From positions 1 to 32,276 of the IMG/VR virus record IMGVR_UViG_2703718849_000002: 32,276 bases of DNA, one strand, 5' to 3'. Positions 25,870 to 32,276 of this stretch are shown here, piece by piece. Each line of letters starts with the position of its first letter. The stretch's first letter is position 1. The position numbers and the translations under genes are program-made. The stretch comes from a virus (taxonomy: Duplodnaviria; Heunggongvirae; Uroviricota; Caudoviricetes). The notes under the pieces are model-generated. The model saw only the letters and a list, made by a program, of their open reading frames with translations. It ran no database searches and was not told the origin of the DNA.

Positions 25870-28071
25870 ATGCCAGATATCACCGCAAATGTTGTGGTCA
25901 GCATGCCTTCGCAACTCTTCACTATGGCGCGTTCTTTTAAAGCCGTAGCCAATGGTAAAATTTATATCGGAAAAATTGACACTGACCCGGTAAATCCTGA
26001 AAACCAGATTCAGATTTATGTGGAAAACGAAGACGGCTCTCACGTTCCTGTATCCCAGCCAATCATCATTAACGCCGCTGGTTACCCTGTATATAACGGA
26101 CAGATTGCCAAATTCGTAACTGTGCAAGGCCATTCTATGGCTGTGTACGATGCGTATGGAGCGCGGCAATTCTATTTTCCTAATGTGCTGAAGTATGACC
26201 CTGATCAACTTGAACAGCGATTATCACTGCCTACAGCACCTGAGATTATAGGGGTATATCCATCAGGTAAATTAGCAGATGTATTAAATGATGTAACCCC
26301 GGAGCAATTCGGAGCTATCGGTGATGGGGTTGCTGACGATACGCAGGCATTAAAGGCTATGTTTAAATACATCAATGACATGCCGATTTCATTCACAGAC
26401 ACAGCAACAGAACTTAACCCCCACCTGGATGTGGCAGCAAAACGTGTTGTTTTGCGCGGCCTGTACATGCACACAGAGACAATCTTTATCCCTTCTGGGG
26501 TGCAGATTTTCCAGCCTGGATACTCTTATTTCCGCCGAAACGTGCAGCAAGGTTTTTACTTCAACCCTCCTTCTGGCGAAGGTAACATGGCTGCTGTAAG
26601 CACCTGTGTTTATTTGAAGTCTGGTAATACCTGGTATCTTAATTCTGACCCAATGTTACTTCCACATGGTGCACAGATAGATGACGGCACTATCCGCACA
26701 GGAGCCAGACACATTGATATTGAGAATCTTAGTATCATTACCAAGCCTGGAACCTTGCTTGGTTTACGCTGGCTAGGTGCAGCAGGATGCACAACTCGCA
26801 ATCTAAGTATTGGTGAGAACACACCAAGCAGCACAGCATCAACCGCCAGAATTCCTAAGGTCGGTATGCTTCACAGTATTGCTTGGGGCAGTGTTCACAC
26901 AACACCTAAGATTCTATACAAAACTCAAGGTGCTGTTTTCTACGAGCAAAACGGTGGTTCTGAGGTGAAAAACGCTTACATTGCTCGTCTTGGTCAGGAT
27001 TCAACTTATTCAGAACAGGTAATTTATAAACCGGAAGATTTTGACGAAACCGGCGATGTCGCAATTACACAGTACGGGCGCAGTTCTGTGCAGTTCAGGT
27101 ATTGTGTAACAGAAACATGCTCATTCATGTATGTTAACCAGGGTGATGCAGGAAGTAACGGCGGACTTAAGGTTGACGGTTGTCACATGGAAGCCACGGG
27201 TGGTAAGGCGAAACATTGTTTCTATATTATCAACTCGGACGCTGACATCCGTCTAAATGGTCTTTTCATTCAAGACGAAAGTATAGCAAACAGTTCAGTG
27301 GTCTACGTCAAGAGCTGCGTTAAGGGTCGTAGTGTTGTAGATATTCACGGTTACATGATGTTCAACGGTTACAGGTTCCTTGACGGCATAAACTCTGGAG
27401 CTGTAGTCAACATACGAAATCCCAACAATGGCCAGTTCCAGTATGGAAAACTTGGGAAATGGGATTTAGTTAATGAAGTTACAGGCATTTCACCTTCAAC
27501 GTTATACATCGACCCAGTTAACGGTAATGATGAAAATTGGGGTCTCAATGGAGCGCGTGGTCTAAAATCTTTGAAACATGCTGCCAAAATTTGCAGAATG
27601 CTTGAAATAAACGACGTTTACACCAACGCAGGAAGTATAAATTTAACGGAAGATACAGAGTTACCATCAGCCACAATTCGTGGCCTAGGCGGTATTGTGT
27701 GCAATGCTGATGGTAGTTTGATTGCATTGCGTAAAACGAATGTAAATCTGACGTTGAATGGAGGTGTAACAAGCCCTGCCGGGTATCACTTGATCAAAGT
27801 TGCCACCACTGAGCCAGTAAATGTAGTTTCCACTGGAGACATGACAACTACAACATCTGCTAATATCTTTCTGTTTCAAGCAAACGGTAATGTTGAATGG
27901 ACGCATAGGGCCGGTGGTGGCCTAGCCTGCTATCGATATGCCGGGACGCAGTCTGTATCGTTCTCGGCAGTGATTGGTTTGAATATCAGGTCTACAACCA
28001 GACCAGCTATAGATTCGACACCTGTATCTGGTAATGTTGTTACTAAATACTCTTCTATTTTGAACTCTTAA
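25870..28071 (+). CDS. Tailspike protein: conserved P22/Sf6-type N-terminal head-binding domain fused to a divergent beta-helix receptor-binding domain
   Basis: Start at [10 protein letters not shown] (25870); first ~110 aa resemble P22/Sf6 tailspike N-termini; the remainder carries a [15 protein letters not shown] pectate-lyase-like motif. Confidence 0.9.
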   Translation: MPDITANVVVSMPSQLFTMARSFKAVANGKIYIGKIDTDPVNPENQIQIYVENEDGSHVPVSQPIIINAAGYPVYNGQIAKFVTVQGHSMAVYDAYGARQFYFPNVLKYDPDQLEQRLSLPTAPEIIGVYPSGKLADVLNDVTPEQFGAIGDGVADDTQALKAMFKYINDMPISFTDTATELNPHLDVAAKRVVLRGLYMHTETIFIPSGVQIFQPGYSYFRRNVQQGFYFNPPSGEGNMAAVSTCVYLKSGNTWYLNSDPMLLPHGAQIDDGTIRTGARHIDIENLSIITKPGTLLGLRWLGAAGCTTRNLSIGENTPSSTASTARIPKVGMLHSIAWGSVHTTPKILYKTQGAVFYEQNGGSEVKNAYIARLGQDSTYSEQVIYKPEDFDETGDVAITQYGRSSVQFRYCVTETCSFMYVNQGDAGSNGGLKVDGCHMEATGGKAKHCFYIINSDADIRLNGLFIQDESIANSSVVYVKSCVKGRSVVDIHGYMMFNGYRFLDGINSGAVVNIRNPNNGQFQYGKLGKWDLVNEVTGISPSTLYIDPVNGNDENWGLNGARGLKSLKHAAKICRMLEINDVYTNAGSINLTEDTELPSATIRGLGGIVCNADGSLIALRKTNVNLTLNGGVTSPAGYHLIKVATTEPVNVVSTGDMTTTTSANIFLFQANGNVEWTHRAGGGLACYRYAGTQSVSFSAVIGLNIRSTTRPAIDSTPVSGNVVTKYSSILNS

Positions 28072-28073
28072 AA

Positions 28074-28097
28074 ATATAGACCCAGTAGGGTCTATAT
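28074..28097. terminator. Bidirectional terminator hairpin between convergent tailspike and gtrC
   Basis: Perfect 10-bp inverted repeat ATATAGACCC/GGGTCTATAT with 4-nt loop, A/T-flanked on both sides. Confidence 0.7.
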
Positions 28098-28101
28098 AAA
28101 T

Positions 28102-29514
28102 TTAACATTTATGTTCAAAGTCTATTACAAAAACATCACCTTTTCTCATTAGGGTAAGTATTTTATTCTTCTTTATAATTTCGAATGAACACATTTCAGA
28201 TATCACTTTATTGCGCATGCTTTTTTCAGGGTATGATTTGGAGCTTGCTATTCCATTAACCCTTAAGTAACTAACACCCCATGACCATGAATTAGACATG
28301 TAATTTGGAGATAATTTATATATTATAGGAAACTTTTGTGCTAGCTCATAGTATACCGGACTTCTTGGCATAGACCCATTAATTACAATTAATGGATCTT
28401 CTACTTTTAAAACATCACCCTGCACCAAGTTTATAACCTGAATCCTTCTTTGCTCATCAGCTTTTAGTGCAGATGCATATGAAGAGCAGAGCACAAAAGA
28501 AAAAAACAAAAGTATTGTGTACGACAACTTGATTAATTTATTAACTCTAATTCCGATAAAAATTAAAGGGATGTACAGCAACAGAGATATACCAACCGAT
28601 GTCCTGGGTGTAAACCATGGATCTGAGAGAATTAAATTAGAGCCAGGAGATATGATTATTGCCAAAATCGTGAAGAATACGGCAACAACTAAAGCGGAAT
28701 GGTTTTTTCTGTAAATAAAAAAGTTATGCAACACTGAAATAGACAAGATTGATATTAATGGAAGTAAATAGTAAAAATAACCACTGTTAAATAGTGGTAG
28801 TAAGATTATACTTATGAATTTCTCATAGTTATTAACTAATCCATGAAAAAAATGATCTATGCCAATTACTTCATCTCTTCCGTTGAAGTTTAGTGTCAAA
28901 TAATAAGACAGAAACTTGTATAATACAATAGACAATACAAAACTTAATAATGAGATAGATAAAAATTTTAGTGATTCAATTAATGAGTTTGATCCTTTGG
29001 TGACTGAATTTGCTGCTATAATTAATGCTGCTACTGGATATAAAAAAATACTGTTTTGATAAATAAAAAGAGAGATTAATAGAAGTGATGTGGATGAAAT
29101 TAAAAATGCAACATTATTCCCCTTGAAAATCAAAGGGATAAATACCAACAGGATTGATAATGATATTGGAAGAGAATCGAATCTGTATGATAAAATCTCA
29201 ATTGCCATTGGCGATGTTGCAATTATAGATGAAGATAATATCAATATATCATCATCTAAATTCATCGACTTAGAAAACAAATAGCCTACATATGTTAAAG
29301 TAATCACTGAAATTATTTGAGAAAATGGAAAAAAATCAGTAATAGGCGTGCCGAAAGTGATGATATTATAAATAAGGTCTGATAATGGTCTTCCGTCAAT
29401 AGCCCAACCATATCCCAAGTGAGATCTATTTATATCATCAACATAGTAATTACCACCAAGTATTATTGGCAAAATAAATGCCAGCGGTATCATGAGTAAA
29501 TATTTATTTTTCAT
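28102..29514 (-). CDS. gtrC: Serotype-specific O-antigen glucosyltransferase (GtrC / Gtr type-specific), polytopic membrane protein
   Basis: 470 aa with many hydrophobic segments; third gene of a gtrA-gtrB operon; strongly AT-rich. Confidence 0.7.
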   Translation of the reverse strand: MKNKYLLMIPLAFILPIILGGNYYVDDINRSHLGYGWAIDGRPLSDLIYNIITFGTPITDFFPFSQIISVITLTYVGYLFSKSMNLDDDILILSSSIIATSPMAIEILSYRFDSLPISLSILLVFIPLIFKGNNVAFLISSTSLLLISLFIYQNSIFLYPVAALIIAANSVTKGSNSLIESLKFLSISLLSFVLSIVLYKFLSYYLTLNFNGRDEVIGIDHFFHGLVNNYEKFISIILLPLFNSGYFYYLLPLISILSISVLHNFFIYRKNHSALVVAVFFTILAIIISPGSNLILSDPWFTPRTSVGISLLLYIPLIFIGIRVNKLIKLSYTILLFFSFVLCSSYASALKADEQRRIQVINLVQGDVLKVEDPLIVINGSMPRSPVYYELAQKFPIIYKLSPNYMSNSWSWGVSYLRVNGIASSKSYPEKSMRNKVISEMCSFEIIKKNKILTLMRKGDVFVIDFEHKC

Positions 29515-30430
29515 TTTTAATATTCCTTATTATATATCGCGGCCTGTTTTTTGTTTCTATGTATATTCTTCCAATATACTCGCCAAGAACACCAATTCCT
29601 ATCAGCTGTACACCGCCAAGAAACAGAATTGATACCAAAATTGATGGGTAGCCACGAACAGGATTGCCAAACGCGACAGTATCAAAAATAAGCCACGTCC
29701 CATACAGAAACGACAGCCCTGCCACGAACAATCCTATATATGTCCACATGCGCAATGGAAAAGTTGAGAAACTGGTGATTCCTTCAAGCGCGAGATTCCA
29801 CAGCTTCCAGCCATTGAACTTGCTGTCACCAGCTATGCGTTCTGCGCGAGCATACTCGACGACGTCAGTCTTTCCACCAACCCAGCTAAGTATGCCTTTC
29901 ATAAACAGGTTGCGTTCAGGCATTGATTTAATGTTCTCAACCACTTCACGCGACATAAGCCGAAAGTCTCCGACGTTTTCCTCAATCTTCGGATTGCTTA
30001 TTTTATTGTGGAGCTTATAGAACCACTCAGCCGTTTTTCGCTTCAGTCTGCCATCCGTTGAGCGGTCAGATCGTTTAGCAAGCACCATATCAGCGCCTGC
30101 CTGCCATTTTTCAATCAGTTGAGGTATTACCTCAATCGGGTCTTGCAGGTCAACATCAATAGGAATAACAGCATCGCCTGTTGCATGGTCTAACCCTGCA
30201 AACAATGCTGGTTCTTTACCAAAGTTGCGCGTAAATGACAGCGGAACAACTAGCGGATCAGAAACAGCCAGAGCGTAAATTATTGACTCTGTAGAGTCTT
30301 TGCTGCCGTCATTTATGAAAACAATTTCCACCTCATATGGCTTCAACTCTTCGAATTCACGTACCGTTTTATAAAAAATTGGTATCGCTTCTTCTTCATT
30401 GAAGACAGGAACTACAAGAGATATCTTCAT
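29504..30430 (-). CDS. gtrB: Bactoprenol glucosyltransferase GtrB (GT2 family)
   Basis: 308 aa; GT2 motifs (VVPVFNEEE…, …NDGSKD…, DVDLQDP) and two C-terminal TM helices. Confidence 0.9.
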   Translation of the reverse strand: MKISLVVPVFNEEEAIPIFYKTVREFEELKPYEVEIVFINDGSKDSTESIIYALAVSDPLVVPLSFTRNFGKEPALFAGLDHATGDAVIPIDVDLQDPIEVIPQLIEKWQAGADMVLAKRSDRSTDGRLKRKTAEWFYKLHNKISNPKIEENVGDFRLMSREVVENIKSMPERNLFMKGILSWVGGKTDVVEYARAERIAGDSKFNGWKLWNLALEGITSFSTFPLRMWTYIGLFVAGLSFLYGTWLIFDTVAFGNPVRGYPSILVSILFLGGVQLIGIGVLGEYIGRIYIETKNRPRYIIRNIKNEK

Positions 30431-30789
30431 TTCGCATCCCTAAAGACAATGAACTTTGAATATACGAAACCGCACACCAGGCTGATGGCGGAGAAAGTGA
30501 TAAGGGTTAGCATCGGGGGAAGTGCGCATCTATCAGCAGCCCATCCAACAGTTGCACTCAGTGTTCCCATGAACCCGACATATAACATGTAGCGCATCGT
30601 TGTGGTCGATGCTTTGAATGTGAATCTTGCATTCGCGAAGAAGCTAAAACTCACAGCCACAACGAAACCTGCGAAGTTTGCCAGAGCCTGATTGGTATGC
30701 GCGGCATAGATACATACACCAAAAACCACCCAGTGTATAAGTGTGTTCAGCACACCAATCGAGGTGTACTTTGCAAATAGCTTTAACAT
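30427..30789 (-). CDS. gtrA: GtrA flippase for undecaprenyl-phosphate glucose
   Basis: 120-aa four-TM protein, highly similar to GtrA of serotype-converting phages as remembered. Confidence 0.9.
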   Translation of the reverse strand: MLKLFAKYTSIGVLNTLIHWVVFGVCIYAAHTNQALANFAGFVVAVSFSFFANARFTFKASTTTMRYMLYVGFMGTLSATVGWAADRCALPPMLTLITFSAISLVCGFVYSKFIVFRDAK

Positions 30790-30942
30790 TTATTTAATCA
30801 ATGAGTTCTGAAAGGCATGAAGTCTATCATCCAAGTCTCAATCGATCGATGACTTGCTATGGTTGATGAGACAAAACTGAGACAAACAAAGCTTTGCACT
30901 GGATTACAAGGCTTTGTGATATTCGATAGTTGTTAAGGCGGA

Positions 30943-32136
30943 TCACTCCACCTTTTCATCAATCCAATCCGCCCACCACTGCATCATTTCTCTGCGCTTA
31001 TCGAGATACTGAGCATGGTTGTAAATACCGCGCACAGATCCGCCGTTGGCATGTGCAAGTTGCACTTCAATGGCGTCGGCAGGCCATTCGTGCTCGTTCA
31101 TAATCGTGCTGAATTCATGCCTGAATCCGTGACCGCTTTCCAGACCTTCATAGCCGATTTGTTTGATCACAAGCAGTACCGCGTTCTCGCAGATTGGCTT
31201 CTTCTTATCGTTGCGCCCGGCAAAAACAAACTCTGAGACTGGTTTGGTTATTGAGCTTAGCGTAGTGAGAAGTTCAACCACCTGGTCTGACATAGGAACC
31301 ACATGAATTTTGCGGCCCTTCATCACACTGGCGTCGATAGTGATAATCCTGTTTTCAAAATCGACGTTCTTCCATTGCATGGAACGAAGCTCTTTCGTTC
31401 TTAGGGCTGTGTAGCGTAAAACTTTGGTCGCAATGAGCGATACGATACTTCCTGAAAATGTTGCAAGTGCTTTGTTGAATGCCGGGATCTGGTCTGCTGG
31501 AAGAAACGGGAAGTTCTTCTTGCGGTATCCCTTCATGGCGTCAGCAAGGTCAGGTGCCGGGTTATATTTAGCCCTACCAGTGACAATAGCGTAACGGAAA
31601 ACCTCGCCGCATCTTCTGCGGGCTTTGTTGGCTCGCTCCATTGCACCGCGATCTTCAAATCTGCGGATTACTTCCAGCAGTTGCATCGGCTCAATATCCT
31701 GAATTTCAAGGCCGCCAATGATAGGTAAAATGTCGTCGTCAAACATTTTTGCAAGTTCATTTGCATAGCCTACTGACCAGACTTGCTTCTTGTGCTCGTA
31801 CCATTCCTTGTAAATGGCGCTAAAGGAGTTGTTGTTAGACGAAGCCTTTTTCGCTTTTACCGGATCGATGCCAACCGAGATGTCTTTCCTCGCGGTCCAT
31901 ACTTTATCCCTTGCCTCCTGCAAAGTCATAAGCGGATATTTTCCGACGGTCAGGATTTTCTCCTTACCGTCAATCTTGTAGCGAAGCTGCCATACCTTTT
32001 TCCCTGACACAGGGACATAAAGGTACAGGCCATTACCATCGAGCAGGCGGTATGGTTTTTCTTTCGGCTTTGCTGCTTCAATCTGCTTAACGGTGAGCAT
32101 GGGTAAAAATCCGGTGGGTAAAATTATTTTATCCAC
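30943..32136 (-). CDS. int: Tyrosine integrase (P4-like family with N-terminal arm-binding DUF4102-type domain)
   Basis: 397 aa; N-terminal …YRLLDGNGLYLYV…, catalytic region with …HGFRHEF… and C-terminal tyrosine motif; adjacent to a tRNA 3' end. Confidence 0.9.
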   Translation of the reverse strand: MDKIILPTGFLPMLTVKQIEAAKPKEKPYRLLDGNGLYLYVPVSGKKVWQLRYKIDGKEKILTVGKYPLMTLQEARDKVWTARKDISVGIDPVKAKKASSNNNSFSAIYKEWYEHKKQVWSVGYANELAKMFDDDILPIIGGLEIQDIEPMQLLEVIRRFEDRGAMERANKARRRCGEVFRYAIVTGRAKYNPAPDLADAMKGYRKKNFPFLPADQIPAFNKALATFSGSIVSLIATKVLRYTALRTKELRSMQWKNVDFENRIITIDASVMKGRKIHVVPMSDQVVELLTTLSSITKPVSEFVFAGRNDKKKPICENAVLLVIKQIGYEGLESGHGFRHEFSTIMNEHEWPADAIEVQLAHANGGSVRGIYNHAQYLDKRREMMQWWADWIDEKVE

Positions 32137-32261
32137 TTTTTACCCGTCATGGAGTGCGGCTGTCAACGATCTGACGCGAACCATTACGAACTGTGAATCT
32201 ACGGAAGGCTTGATATTCAGGGGATTTTGCGGACTGGTACGGATGGGAGCGAACTGATAAA

Positions 32262-32276
32262 TGGTGTCCCCTGCAG
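32262..32276 (-). tRNA. 3' end of a tRNA gene truncated by the window edge (sequence consistent with tRNA-Arg, argW); prophage attachment site
   Basis: Window ends with TGGTGTCCCCTGCAG, the reverse complement of a tRNA acceptor/T-arm 3' end (…CTGCAGGGGACACCA); only 15 nt are visible. Confidence 0.5.

Larger units (their letters stand above)
1..32276. mobile_element. Integrated mosaic lambdoid prophage (P22/Sf6-like podovirus morphogenesis module with lambda-like regulation and lysis genes); partial, left end continues beyond window start
   Basis: Contiguous canonical phage gene order (cI-cro-cII-O-helicase-nin-Q-S-R-Rz-terS-terL-portal-scaffold-coat-tail-ejection-tailspike-gtrCBA-int) ending at a tRNA 3' end. 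Confidence 0.9.

Noticed and set aside
30790-30942. Possible Dam/OxyR phase-variation switch upstream of gtrA, as described for Salmonella gtr operons
   Set aside because: Only one GATC lies in the intergenic region (30844-30847) and a second overlaps the int stop (30941-30944); the paired GATC/OxyR half-site arrangement is not evident

Overview
This window is almost entirely one integrated, mosaic lambdoid prophage of the P22/Sf6 short-tailed type, running from the immunity region (left) to the integrase and a tRNA attachment site (right). All calls rest on reading the sequence and six-frame track and on remembered protein families; no database search was run. Left to right: nutL and pL/OL (the N gene starts just outside the window); a LexA-like cI repressor co-transcribed with a small membrane protein in the rex position; cro, nutR, a lambda-like cII; an O-like initiator carrying 11-bp origin iterons; a DnaB-type helicase; a nin region (ninB, ninD, ninE, ninX-like, ninF, Rha antirepressor, YbcO-like, rusA, ninH); a Q antiterminator with pR-prime and tR-prime; the lambda-type lysis cassette S, R, Rz/Rz1; an AT-rich moron encoding a T5orf172/GIY-YIG-like protein; then an Sf6/P22-like morphogenesis module (terS, terL, portal, scaffold, coat, gp4, gp10, tail needle, gp14, ejection proteins gp7/gp20/gp16), an orphan mnt repressor, a tailspike with a conserved head-binding domain and divergent receptor-binding domain, and on the opposite strand gtrC-gtrB-gtrA plus a P4-family integrase abutting the 3' end of a tRNA (probably tRNA-Arg). 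The best candidates for an undescribed function are the two accessory insertions at classic lambdoid moron positions: the 104-aa membrane protein downstream of cI (361-675) and the T5orf172-domain gene between Rz and terS (10849-11334). A cluster of small membrane/unknown ORFs after the helicase (4594-5375) is a third, weaker candidate.
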